From Bacteroidales bacterium (GTDB lineage Bacteria > Bacteroidota > Bacteroidia > Bacteroidales > UBA12077), in assembly GCA_028282585.1 (NCBI GenBank), contig JANQHR010000097.1, positions 44,638 through 108,637 on the forward strand: DNA of 64,000 nucleotides, read 5' to 3'. Positions 17,793 to 27,640 of the stretch are shown here, one piece after another (position 1 is the first letter of the stretch; each line of letters opens with the position of its first letter). The position numbers and the translations under genes are program-made. The notes beneath the pieces are model-generated. The model made no database searches. It was not told the DNA's origin and was given only the letters and a program-made list of their open reading frames with translations.

Positions 17793-20276
17793 ATGAACAA
17801 TCAACTATTTCAATTTGCAGATGTAATTCTTCCATTGCCTTTAAAGCAACTGTTTACTTATAGCATTCCATTTAGCATAGCAAAAGAAATTGAAGTTGGT
17901 AAGAGAGTTATTGTTCAATTTGGAGCAAGAAAGATTTATACGTCAATTATTTATTCAATTCATAATAATGCTCCAAAAGAATATAAAACTAAAAATATCA
18001 TTTCAATTCTTGATGAAAAACCAATTATAAATAAGTTCCAATTAGAACTTTGGCAATGGATAGCTGATTATTACATGTGCTCCGTAGGTGATGTTTTTAA
18101 AGCCGCTTTACCATCAGGACTAAAGTTAGAAAGCGAAACTAAGGTTATTTATAATCCTGAAAACATTGATCAAAAGAGATTTACCTCAGCAGAAACATTA
18201 TTACTTGATTATTTATCAAATAAAAACATAGCCAGTATATCGGAAATATCAAAAGTTTTAAATAAGAAAGATTCGCTTCCAATCATTAAATCTCTTTTAG
18301 ATAAACAAGCTGTTATCCTTGAGGAAAAACTTCGCGAAAACTACAAACCAAAAACAGAAAGTTATATAAAACTTCATGAAGATATACATACTGAAACGAA
18401 GCTAAACGACATTTTTGACTCACTAAACCGTGCGCCCAAACAACTTCATACGTTAATGAGCTATATTAAACTTTCAGGTAGCTTTATGAAATCCGGTAAA
18501 GTTTCTGAAGTTACTAAAAAATCATTGGTTGATGATTCAAAATCAAGTTCTACAATTATCAAATCATTAATTGAAAAGAACATATTAAGCGAATATGATA
18601 AAAATGTAAGTCGGTTAAATGAAGATATTTTTGAAGAAAATGAAATGAAAAAATTATCTGATCCACAACGAAAGGCATTTGATTCAATTAACAATCAGTT
18701 TAAAGAAAAGGATGTTGTTTTATTACATGGCATTACTTCTAGCGGAAAAACCGAAATTTATATTCACTTAATTAAAGAACAACTGGAACAAGGTAAGCAA
18801 GTATTATATTTATTGCCGGAAATTGCATTAACTGCTCAAATCATAAATCGCTTGAAATCAGTTTTTGGAAATAGAGTTGGTATTTACCATTCAAAATTTA
18901 GCGATTCGGAAAGAGTTGAAGTGTACCAAAACATTATAGAACCAACCGAAAAACTTAAATATGATGTGATTTTAGGAGTAAGATCATCGCTTTTACTACC
19001 ATTCTCAAATCTAGGTTTGGTAATTGTTGATGAAGAACACGAAAACACATATAAACAGTATGATCCTGCTCCTCGATATAATGCAAGAGATTGTTCGATC
19101 GTTTTGGCGCAAATGCATAAGGCTAAAGTTTTATTAGGAACCGCAACACCTTCTATAGAAAGTTTTTTTAATGCACAAACTGAGAAGTATGGCTTTGTAG
19201 AATTAAGTACAAGGTATCAAAGTATAAAATTACCTGAAATTCATTTAGTAGATATTTTAAGAGCAAAAAAAAGGAAAGAAATGCGTTCGCATTTTACTCC
19301 TGCTTTAATTGATAGCATAAAGGATTCATTAGCATTGAACGAACAAGTTATCTTGTTTCAGAATCGTCGGGGATTTGCTCCATACCTTGAATGTGATATG
19401 TGTGGGTGGATCCCATACTGTACAAATTGCGATGTAAGCTTAACTTATCATAGGCATAAGAACGAATTGGTATGCCATTATTGTGGTTATACTATCCGAA
19501 CTCCAAAAACATGTAAATCATGTGGGCACGTTGCTGTTCAAACACGCGGATTTGGAACTGAAAAGATCGAAGATGAGATAAAAATCTTCTTCCCAGATGC
19601 AAAAGTTGCGCGAATGGATCTGGATTCAACCCGATCAAAGAATGCATATCATACTATTATATCAAGCTTTGAAAATGGTGATATAGATATACTGATTGGC
19701 ACTCAAATGGTATCGAAAGGATTGGATTTCGACAATGTAAGTTTAGTAGGAATTCTAAATGCAGATAATATGCTTAACTATCCTGATTTCAGGGCATTTG
19801 AAAGAAGCTACCAATTAATGTCGCAGGTTAGTGGTCGTGCCGGAAGAAAAAACAAACAAGGTAAAGTTATAATACAAACTAGTAATCCTGCACATCCCAT
19901 ACTTCAATTTGTTTTAGACAACAAATTTGAAGAAATGTACAAGTCACAACTACTAGAACGAAAAAACTTTAAATATCCTCCATTTTATCGTTTGATAAAT
20001 ATCAGCATTCGTCATAAAAACAAAGATGTTTCAGACAAAGCAGCTCATAACTTAGGTGTAAGCTTAAGAAAGGTTTTTGGTAAGCGTATATTAGGACCTG
20101 AACCTCCTATCATATCAAGAGTGCAAAACTATTTTATCCAAAACCTGATTATGAAAGTTGAACGAGAGAGGTCATTTCAAAAAGCTAAGCAAATTATAGA
20201 AAAACAAATTATAGAGTTAATTACAACTGAAAACTTTAAGTCTGTTCAAGTTTCAGTTGATGTAGATCCGATTTAA
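17793..20276 (+). CDS. priA: Primosomal protein N' (replication restart helicase)
   Basis: GITSSGKTEIY, DEEHE, four CxxC pairs, QVSGRAGR, C-terminal DVDP. Confidence 0.97.
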   Translation: MNNQLFQFADVILPLPLKQLFTYSIPFSIAKEIEVGKRVIVQFGARKIYTSIIYSIHNNAPKEYKTKNIISILDEKPIINKFQLELWQWIADYYMCSVGDVFKAALPSGLKLESETKVIYNPENIDQKRFTSAETLLLDYLSNKNIASISEISKVLNKKDSLPIIKSLLDKQAVILEEKLRENYKPKTESYIKLHEDIHTETKLNDIFDSLNRAPKQLHTLMSYIKLSGSFMKSGKVSEVTKKSLVDDSKSSSTIIKSLIEKNILSEYDKNVSRLNEDIFEENEMKKLSDPQRKAFDSINNQFKEKDVVLLHGITSSGKTEIYIHLIKEQLEQGKQVLYLLPEIALTAQIINRLKSVFGNRVGIYHSKFSDSERVEVYQNIIEPTEKLKYDVILGVRSSLLLPFSNLGLVIVDEEHENTYKQYDPAPRYNARDCSIVLAQMHKAKVLLGTATPSIESFFNAQTEKYGFVELSTRYQSIKLPEIHLVDILRAKKRKEMRSHFTPALIDSIKDSLALNEQVILFQNRRGFAPYLECDMCGWIPYCTNCDVSLTYHRHKNELVCHYCGYTIRTPKTCKSCGHVAVQTRGFGTEKIEDEIKIFFPDAKVARMDLDSTRSKNAYHTIISSFENGDIDILIGTQMVSKGLDFDNVSLVGILNADNMLNYPDFRAFERSYQLMSQVSGRAGRKNKQGKVIIQTSNPAHPILQFVLDNKFEEMYKSQLLERKNFKYPPFYRLINISIRHKNKDVSDKAAHNLGVSLRKVFGKRILGPEPPIISRVQNYFIQNLIMKVERERSFQKAKQIIEKQIIELITTENFKSVQVSVDVDPI

Positions 20277-20288
20277 AAAAATATTAAA

Positions 20289-20696
20289 ATGAAAACTAAA
20301 AAGATAATTGCGTATTTATTTATATTAATTGTATTAATTATATTCACTCCCTTTGCTATAAATAGCTTTATTAAAAGCGCGAATAAAAAAGCAAACGAGT
20401 ATGTTCAAAATTTCAAACCAGTTACTGCAAATCTTTCAGATGGTGAATATCATGGGAAATTTAAAGCTTTTGGTATTGTAACTATTTCTGAAGTTGAATT
20501 TCAAATAGAAAACAAAATTGTAAAAAACATCAGGTTTAAAAGAATGTTTCACACTCCGGGGAGTCCGTATAAAGAAACCATTGTAAATCAAATAAAAGAA
20601 ACTCGCAAACTGGAAGTTGATGCGATTACCGGGGCAAGCAGAACAAGCAACTTTGCCAAAGCTGCTATTAAAGCAGCTATTGAAAATGAAAAATAA
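20289..20696 (+). CDS. Membrane-anchored FMN-binding protein with flavinylation motif
   Basis: N-terminal TM, DGEYHG, VDAITGASRTS. Confidence 0.8.
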   Translation: MKTKKIIAYLFILIVLIIFTPFAINSFIKSANKKANEYVQNFKPVTANLSDGEYHGKFKAFGIVTISEVEFQIENKIVKNIRFKRMFHTPGSPYKETIVNQIKETRKLEVDAITGASRTSNFAKAAIKAAIENEK

Positions 20697-20753
20697 ACTT
20701 ATTGGTTAATCCATCCTTAGTTTATTCCTTTTCATCTTTTAAATATTCCATTT

Positions 20754-20775
20754 TGTCCACATTAAATTGTGGACA
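20754..20775. promoter_or_regulatory. Palindromic operator candidate upstream of the 4Fe-4S gene
   Basis: TGTCCACA-ttaaat-TGTGGACA, a perfect 8-6-8 inverted repeat. Confidence 0.4.
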
Positions 20776-20818
20776 GGCATTTTTACGCTGAATTTTATTC
20801 AATAAATATTTTGATATT

Positions 20819-21565
20819 ATGAGACAGCGAATCAGAAATGCAATTATCCTTTTTTTCTTTCTAACTTTTCCTATCTCATTAAATTACTTTTCTCCTTATG
20901 TAATTATTGATGGTTTACGTAAAGGAGTTATTGCCGGAAGTGCTCTTTTATTTACAACCCAATTGCTTTCTGCATTATTTCTTGGAAGAGCATTTTGTGG
21001 TTGGATTTGTCCTGCTGGTGGGTTACAAGATTATTGTACCTCCGTAAATTCCAAAAAGATTAAAAATGGAAAAGCTAATTGGATTAAATACTTTATCTGG
21101 GTACCATGGATTTCTTTAGTACTTTTTATTGGTTTAAAATCAGGAGGAACCATTAAGATTGATCCGTTTCACATGACGAATTACGGTATTTCTGTTTCGG
21201 AACCGTCAGCATATATTAATTATCTTTTGGTAGTTTTTCTATTTGTAATCTTATCATTCATTTTTGGCAAGCGAGCATTTTGTCACTATGGTTGCTGGAT
21301 GTTCCCTTTTATGATTATCGGGTTAAAAATCAGAAGCATCTTAAACATACCTTCACTCAAACTGAAATCAACTCATTATAAATGTACAAATTGTTTGCAA
21401 TGCAATAGTGTTTGTCTTATGAGTCTGGATGTAAATAACATGGTAAACGATTCAAAAATGAATCATGATGAATGTGTACTTTGCGGCAGATGTGTTGATA
21501 GTTGTAGTTCAGAAGCAATTAAATATGCTTTTTCCTCTAAAAATATTAGTACTTTTAAGATATAA
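20819..21565 (+). CDS. NapH/MauN-like polytopic 4Fe-4S ferredoxin membrane protein
   Basis: GRAFCGWICP, RAFCHYGC, CTNCLQCNSVC, CVLCGRCVDSC. Confidence 0.85.
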   Translation: MRQRIRNAIILFFFLTFPISLNYFSPYVIIDGLRKGVIAGSALLFTTQLLSALFLGRAFCGWICPAGGLQDYCTSVNSKKIKNGKANWIKYFIWVPWISLVLFIGLKSGGTIKIDPFHMTNYGISVSEPSAYINYLLVVFLFVILSFIFGKRAFCHYGCWMFPFMIIGLKIRSILNIPSLKLKSTHYKCTNCLQCNSVCLMSLDVNNMVNDSKMNHDECVLCGRCVDSCSSEAIKYAFSSKNISTFKI

Positions 21566-21575
21566 AATTAAAACT

Positions 21576-22640
21576 ATGTTTGATTACAATCGTGAAAATT
21601 ACTATCGGTCTGTTTTAAAACAAATAATCATTATAAGCCTTCTTGCAGGTTTAATCATTACCTTATTTTACTATTACAGAACAATTGCTAACAATGAACC
21701 CAGACAACTAAGAGATAGCATTATATCATTCATATTTTCGGTATTGGTAACTTTTTCAATATTCAGTATAAATATACAGTTGGCCAGAATATTAGAAAAA
21801 TGGTATCCGTGGGGCAAAGAATTTTTTAAACGTTTATTTATTGAAATTACGTTAACAACATTAGTTGCTGCTACAACAATCTCAATCATTTTAACAATTT
21901 TTCTTTTGTTCCTGGGTAAACCTCAGGGAGATACCAATCTCCGAATAACTTATTTGGACCATATAATACAAGCAATATTATTTAATAGTATCGCAATGGT
22001 GATTATTGAGCTGGGAGCAGTTGTAAAACAATGGAAAGAATCTGTTATAAAATCAGAACGATTAGAAAAAGAAAATATTTTATCTCAATTCGAAGCATTA
22101 AAACACCAACTAAATCCTCATTTTATGTTTAATAGTTTGAATGCACTTTCTTCGTTAATTGATGAGGAACCTGAAAAAGCTAAAAAGTTTTTATCAATGT
22201 TTTCTAAAATGTATCGTTATATTTTAGAGGTTAAAGATAGGCTTGTTGTTGAAGTTAACGATGAACTAGAATTTATTAACGCTTACATTTTTATGCAAAA
22301 AATAAGATATAACAACAATCTAAATGTTGAAACCAAAGTTAAATCAAGTGAACTAAAAAAGTATTTACCTCCCCTATCATTACAATTATTAGTTGAAAAT
22401 GCCTTAAAACATAATGAAATATCGAATGATCATCCATTGAATATTTCTATTTGTTCTGAAAACGATAACATAATTGTTAAAAACAACTTGAAAATAAGAA
22501 ATAATGAAAGTAATAAATCCGGAATCGGACTTGAAAATCTTAGAAAACGAATTAACTTTATATCTGATAAGGAACCCGAGTTCTATACCAAAAATAATCA
22601 GTATATAGCTAAGATTCCATTTATAGAAATTGAAGAATAA
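21576..22640 (+). CDS. LytS/YehU-family sensor histidine kinase
   Basis: Four TM segments, LKHQLNPHFMFNSLN, LQLLVENALKH, GIGLENL. ATG at 21576 preferred over 21465, which overlaps the previous gene. Confidence 0.88.
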   Translation: MFDYNRENYYRSVLKQIIIISLLAGLIITLFYYYRTIANNEPRQLRDSIISFIFSVLVTFSIFSINIQLARILEKWYPWGKEFFKRLFIEITLTTLVAATTISIILTIFLLFLGKPQGDTNLRITYLDHIIQAILFNSIAMVIIELGAVVKQWKESVIKSERLEKENILSQFEALKHQLNPHFMFNSLNALSSLIDEEPEKAKKFLSMFSKMYRYILEVKDRLVVEVNDELEFINAYIFMQKIRYNNNLNVETKVKSSELKKYLPPLSLQLLVENALKHNEISNDHPLNISICSENDNIIVKNNLKIRNNESNKSGIGLENLRKRINFISDKEPEFYTKNNQYIAKIPFIEIEE

Positions 22641-22659
22641 AAATTAATATTTTGTAATT

Positions 22660-23400
22660 ATGAAAAAGTCATTACTATTTCTTGCCGCAGTTTTATTATC
22701 AGTTACAATTCATGCTCAGGCAGAAAAAAAAGAAATAAAATTTAACAGTTCTGATAACATTACTATTACCGGCGATTTATATCTAACGTCAAACTTGAGT
22801 GCGCCTTTTATCATTCTTTTTCACCAAGCAGGGTATAGCAGGGGTGAATATATTGAGACAGCTCCTAAATTTAATAAACTTGGATTTAACTGTTTAGCTA
22901 TTGACCAGAGATCTGGCAAGGGCGTTAATGATATTCCAAATGAAACTAATAAGGAGGCTTCAAAAAAGGGTTTGTCCACTGAATATCCAGATGCCATGCC
23001 AGACCTGGAGGCTGCGATAAAATATGTTGAAAAAAATTACGAACCTAAAAAACTCATTATTCTTGGTAGCTCCTATTCTTCCTCCCTTTCTTTAGTTTTA
23101 GCCGCGAAATACCCGGATAAAATTGATGCTGCACTAGCTTTTTCTCCGGGTGAATATTTCCTTTTTGAAGATAAAAAAATAGAAGATTATGCTTCAAAAA
23201 TTGAGATACCTGTTTTTATAACCTCTGCTAAAAGCGAAGAACACATGTGGAAACCATTTTTTGAAAAAATACCTGAATCTTATAGAACTAGTTATTTACC
23301 AGAAGTTGAAGGAATTCATGGAAGCAGGGCTTTATGGGAAAAAATTGAAGGAAATAAAGGATATTGGGAAGCAGTTAAAAGTTTTTTGGACAAGCTTTAA
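22660..23400 (+). CDS. Secreted alpha/beta hydrolase (dienelactone hydrolase-like)
   Basis: Signal peptide, FHQAG, DQRSG, GSSYS nucleophile elbow, HGS. Confidence 0.8.
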   Translation: MKKSLLFLAAVLLSVTIHAQAEKKEIKFNSSDNITITGDLYLTSNLSAPFIILFHQAGYSRGEYIETAPKFNKLGFNCLAIDQRSGKGVNDIPNETNKEASKKGLSTEYPDAMPDLEAAIKYVEKNYEPKKLIILGSSYSSSLSLVLAAKYPDKIDAALAFSPGEYFLFEDKKIEDYASKIEIPVFITSAKSEEHMWKPFFEKIPESYRTSYLPEVEGIHGSRALWEKIEGNKGYWEAVKSFLDKL

Positions 23401-23403
23401 GCA

Positions 23404-24168
23404 ATGAAAATCTTAATCATTGAAGATGAAAAAATAGCTGCAAACAACCTGGAGAAATTATTAAAACAAATATCTCCTAAAATCCAGGTACTGGACAAAT
23501 TAGAGACTATCCGTAGTTCTGTTAACTGGCTTTCAAACAATAAAGCCGACCTTATTTTTTTAGATATCCATTTAGCAGATGGTTTAAGTTTTAAGATTTT
23601 TGATGAAATTGAAATTAATACTCCGATAATTTTTACAACAGCTTATGATAACTATGCTATAAAAGCTTTTAAATTAAATAGTGTTGATTATTTGCTTAAA
23701 CCCATTGATATTGATGAACTTCAACAAGCTGTTAATAAATTTGAAAATATACATTTAAATAATAATCAACAGATTACTGATTATAAGGCTTTAATTGAAG
23801 TTATTCAAAATCCAAAATCTACTTATCAGAAAAGATTTTTAATAAATGTTGGTTCCAAAATAAAATCTGTCGATATCAAAAGTATCGCTTATTTCTATGC
23901 AGAAGATAAAGCTGTATATGTCTGTACAAAAGATAAACACCGATATATTATTGATCAAACTATTGAGAAGTTGGAAACTATTTTAGATCCTGAATTTTTC
24001 TTTAAGATTAGTAGAAAATTCATTATTCATGTTGATGCAATCGAAGAAATGCATACCTTATCAAAAAGCAGAATAAAAATTGACTTAAATCCCCTATGTG
24101 ATCCAGAGGCCATTGTTACAATAAATAACGTTTCCGAATTCAAAAACTGGCTAAAAGGAAATAATTAA
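23404..24168 (+). CDS. LytTR-family response regulator
   Basis: IIEDE, FLDIHLADG, FTTAYD, DYLLKP, C-terminal LytTR domain. Confidence 0.92.
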   Translation: MKILIIEDEKIAANNLEKLLKQISPKIQVLDKLETIRSSVNWLSNNKADLIFLDIHLADGLSFKIFDEIEINTPIIFTTAYDNYAIKAFKLNSVDYLLKPIDIDELQQAVNKFENIHLNNNQQITDYKALIEVIQNPKSTYQKRFLINVGSKIKSVDIKSIAYFYAEDKAVYVCTKDKHRYIIDQTIEKLETILDPEFFFKISRKFIIHVDAIEEMHTLSKSRIKIDLNPLCDPEAIVTINNVSEFKNWLKGNN

Positions 24169-24179
24169 AACTATAAATC

Positions 24180-24644
24180 ATGAAAAGAATATTACCAATT
24201 TTATTAATATTACTTTTGGGCTGTAATCCTAAAATCGATATGGAAGAAGAAAAAGAAAAACTATTACAAACTGATATTGAATTTTCTAATAGATCAGTTG
24301 AGGTTGGCAACCATCAGGCATTTCTGGAATTCGCATCACCAGATGCTGTATTGCTGCGAGATAACTCATACCCAGTGGTTGGAAAACCTGCATTAAAGAA
24401 ATTATATTCGGAGTTATCTGATTCAAATTATAGGTTGACTTGGAAACCAAGTTTTGGAAAAGTATCCAAATCCGGCGATTTGGGTTATACCTATGGAATT
24501 TACTTACTCGAAATCACAGAAGGAGAACAAAAAGGACAAATAAGGCAAGGCACCTACTGCTCTATTTGGGAAAAAAATGCTAAAGGTGAATGGAGATTTG
24601 TTTTGGACACAGGAACTTCAGGTTTAGAAGCTAAAGATAATTAA
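24180..24644 (+). CDS. NTF2-like / DUF4440 lipoprotein
   Basis: Lipobox LLGC, SKSGDLGYTYG, YCSIWEK..GEWRFVLD. Confidence 0.75.
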   Translation: MKRILPILLILLLGCNPKIDMEEEKEKLLQTDIEFSNRSVEVGNHQAFLEFASPDAVLLRDNSYPVVGKPALKKLYSELSDSNYRLTWKPSFGKVSKSGDLGYTYGIYLLEITEGEQKGQIRQGTYCSIWEKNAKGEWRFVLDTGTSGLEAKDN

Positions 24645-24650
24645 TCAATA

Positions 24651-24682
24651 GTTGTTGAAAATTGAAAAATCCTATCTTTGCA
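24651..24682 (+). promoter_or_regulatory. Bacteroidota promoter for the heptose kinase gene
   Basis: GTTG ... TATCTTTGCA (24673), the canonical -7 element. Confidence 0.7.
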
Positions 24683-24706
24683 ATCTAATTTCTAAATATA
24701 GGAAAA

Positions 24707-25708
24707 GTGAAAAGTCAAGATATCAAGTCTATATTCGAGTCATTTAATCAATTCAATATATTAATTATTGGCGATGTAATGATCGATTCATATATGTGGG
24801 GAAAAGTGAATCGCATCTCACCAGAAGCTCCGGTGCCTATTATTATGAGCACAAAACAAGAGAATCGTCTAGGTGGAGCTGCCAATGTTGCTTTAAATGT
24901 TCAGGCACTTGGTGCCAATCCAATTCTTTGTTCGGTTATAGGAAAAGATTCAAAATCAAAAATTTTCTATAATTTACTAAAAAAAAGAAATCTTACCGAC
25001 GAAGGTATATTAGAAGATGAAAGCAGGATAACAACTGTAAAAACAAGAATTATCGCCGACAACCAACACCTTTTACGAGTAGATGAGGAAATTGATGAAG
25101 AATTAAACCCCGAAACAGAAACAATCTTTATAAAAAACGTCCAAACCATTATTTCTGATAAAAAAATAGATGCTATCATTTTTGAAGATTATGACAAAGG
25201 CTCAATAACCCCTGAGGTTATAAAGAGTGTTGTAGATCTTGCTAATAAAAGCAATATCCCAACATTAGTAGATCCTAAAAAACGTAATTTCATGGAATAT
25301 AAAAATGTAACTCTTTTTAAACCCAATTTCAAAGAATTAGTAGAAGGATCGAAAATAGATATTAAAAAGGGTGATTTTGATGGCATCTTTAAAGCTTCGC
25401 AAAAGCTTCATTCCGAATTATCCTCCAAATATCTTTTAATTACTTTATCAGAATTGGGAGTATTTATAAGCTACAATAGTTCTTATCAAACAATCCCTGC
25501 CGAAATACGTGATATTGCAGATGTCTCAGGAGCTGGAGATACATTAATAAGTACTGCAAGTTTATGTCTGGCTGCAGGCTTAAAACCTGAATTTATAGCA
25601 GGAATCTCAAATCTTGCTGGTGGTTTAGTATGCGAAAAAGTGGGTGTTGTACCTATTAATAAAGAACAACTTTTAGAAGAATCATTAGAAAAATATTGTA
25701 ATAATTAA
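24707..25708 (+). CDS. rfaE1: D-glycero-beta-D-manno-heptose-7-phosphate kinase (stand-alone RfaE/HldE domain I, PfkB family)
   Basis: IGDVMID, RISPEAPVP, LGGAANVA, DYDKG, VDPK, DVSGAGDT. Confidence 0.85.
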   Translation: MKSQDIKSIFESFNQFNILIIGDVMIDSYMWGKVNRISPEAPVPIIMSTKQENRLGGAANVALNVQALGANPILCSVIGKDSKSKIFYNLLKKRNLTDEGILEDESRITTVKTRIIADNQHLLRVDEEIDEELNPETETIFIKNVQTIISDKKIDAIIFEDYDKGSITPEVIKSVVDLANKSNIPTLVDPKKRNFMEYKNVTLFKPNFKELVEGSKIDIKKGDFDGIFKASQKLHSELSSKYLLITLSELGVFISYNSSYQTIPAEIRDIADVSGAGDTLISTASLCLAAGLKPEFIAGISNLAGGLVCEKVGVVPINKEQLLEESLEKYCNN

Positions 25709-25766
25709 TTCATATAATGTATTGTTCTTTCTCTTTCAAACATTTGAGGGTAAAATGACAAATCAT

Positions 25767-25853
25767 TGTTAATAATTTGTTCATAAATCAAAATAAAATG
25801 TTTACAATTCTTATCTTAGTGAAATTGAAAAACAGGATAAAATTGTATTTTTG
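25767..25853 (+). promoter_or_regulatory. parA promoter region with DnaA-box-like repeats
   Basis: TGTTAATAA (25767), TGTTCATAA (25778), TGTTTACAA (25799); -7 element TATTTTTG at 25846. Confidence 0.45.
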
Positions 25854-25912
25854 AAATCCTAAATTAGGTTAAAAGTCTTTAAAAACAGGATCATTCCTTA
25901 AAACATATCTTT

Positions 25913-26716
25913 ATGGCAAAAATAATTGCATTAGCAAACCAAAAAGGAGGAGTAGGTAAAACTACTACTGCCATTAACTTAGCAGCAAGTTTAGCTGTAC
26001 TTGAAAAGAAAGTTTTAATCGTTGATGCCGATCCACAAGCAAATGCTACGTCAGGAACAGGTTTTGATATTAGAGCAGTTAAAACAAGTATTTATGAGTG
26101 CTTAGTTGATGACCAAGATCCAAAAAATATTATATTAAACAGTGATATAGAAGGTTTAGATTTAATTCCTTCCCATATTGATCTGGTTGGTGCTGAAATT
26201 GAAATGTTGAATCAGCCAAACAGGGAGTATATGTTGAAGCACGTTATTGAAAAAGTAAAAGATGATTATGATTATATATTAATTGATTGTTCTCCATCTT
26301 TAGGATTAATAACAGTTAACGCTTTAACTGCTGCAGATTCCGTTGTAATTCCCGTTCAGTGCGAATATTTCGCATTAGAAGGATTAGGAAAACTATTAAA
26401 TACTGTAAAAATTATTCAATCAAGATTAAATAAAGAGCTTGAAATCGAAGGTTTCTTATTAACCATGTATGATCCTCGTTTAAGACTTTCAAACCAGGTA
26501 GTAGATGAGGTTAAAAAGCATTTTCAAGATATGGTGTTTGAAACTATTATTCAAAGAAACATTAAGTTAAGTGAATCTCCAAGCTATGGGAAACCAGTTG
26601 TATTGTATGATGCAGCTTCCAAAGGATCTGTTAATTATCTGAATTTAGCTCGTGAGATCTTACAAAAGAATGATGAAACTAAAATGGCTAACGCAGAAAA
26701 AGTAGTTGAGGAATAA
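25913..26716 (+). CDS. parA: Chromosome partitioning ATPase ParA/Soj
   Basis: NQKGGVGKTTT, DADPQAN, IDCSPSLG, PVQCEYFALEG. Confidence 0.96.
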   Translation: MAKIIALANQKGGVGKTTTAINLAASLAVLEKKVLIVDADPQANATSGTGFDIRAVKTSIYECLVDDQDPKNIILNSDIEGLDLIPSHIDLVGAEIEMLNQPNREYMLKHVIEKVKDDYDYILIDCSPSLGLITVNALTAADSVVIPVQCEYFALEGLGKLLNTVKIIQSRLNKELEIEGFLLTMYDPRLRLSNQVVDEVKKHFQDMVFETIIQRNIKLSESPSYGKPVVLYDAASKGSVNYLNLAREILQKNDETKMANAEKVVEE

Positions 26717-26740
26717 ATATAAAATAAATTTGGAGAGAAA

Positions 26741-27607
26741 ATGGCAAAAAGAAACGCATTAGGTAGAGGATTAGGAGCATTAATTGATGACGCGGGTCAG
26801 GAACATATTGTAACTGCTGATGCCGTTAACGAGATTGATATTGATAAAATTGAGGCAAACCCTTTTCAACCAAGATCAATTTTTAATGAAGAAGCTTTAG
26901 AAGAATTAGCAAACTCAATTAAAGAATTAGGTATCATTCAACCTATTACTGTTAGAAATCTTAACGATCATAAATTTCAGTTAATTTCGGGTGAAAGAAG
27001 GTTACGCGCGGCGCAAATAGCGGGGTTAAAAAAGATTCCTGCATTTATTCGTTTTGCTGATGACCAGGGAATGTTAGAAATGGCACTGGTTGAAAATATT
27101 CAGCGTGAAGATCTGGACGCAATAGAAGTTGCAATAAGCTATCAGCGATTAATAGAAGAATGTAAACTTACACAAGAAAGTATGAGCGAACGTGTTGGCA
27201 AAAAACGCTCAACCATTTCCAACTATTTAAGATTATTAAAGTTACCGGCAGAAATTCAATTAGGAATTCGTGATAAACAAATATCAATGGGTCATGCAAG
27301 AGCTTTAGTAAATATTGAAAACGAAAAAACTCAGCTTAAAATTTATTACCAAGTAATAGACGAAGGATTATCTGTTCGTAAAACAGAAGATATCATTCGT
27401 GATATAAATACTCCAAAAGCAAAGACTCAGAAAGAAAAAGTACGTTTACCAGAAGAATATGAGCAATTAAAAAACCACCTGGTGGAACATTTCGAAACAG
27501 CAGTTGATTTTAAACGTAACAATAAAGGGAGCGGCAAAATCGTTATTCCATTTAAATCTGATGAAGATTTAGAAAGAATTATGGGAATTATTGATAAAAT
27601 GAAATAA
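26741..27607 (+). CDS. parB: Chromosome partitioning protein ParB/Spo0J
   Basis: LGRGLGALI, NPFQPR, GERRLRA, ENIQREDL, HTH. Confidence 0.96.
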   Translation: MAKRNALGRGLGALIDDAGQEHIVTADAVNEIDIDKIEANPFQPRSIFNEEALEELANSIKELGIIQPITVRNLNDHKFQLISGERRLRAAQIAGLKKIPAFIRFADDQGMLEMALVENIQREDLDAIEVAISYQRLIEECKLTQESMSERVGKKRSTISNYLRLLKLPAEIQLGIRDKQISMGHARALVNIENEKTQLKIYYQVIDEGLSVRKTEDIIRDINTPKAKTQKEKVRLPEEYEQLKNHLVEHFETAVDFKRNNKGSGKIVIPFKSDEDLERIMGIIDKMK

Positions 27608-27640
27608 TTTTGCCCGGTATTTATTTAAAACAAAATCACT

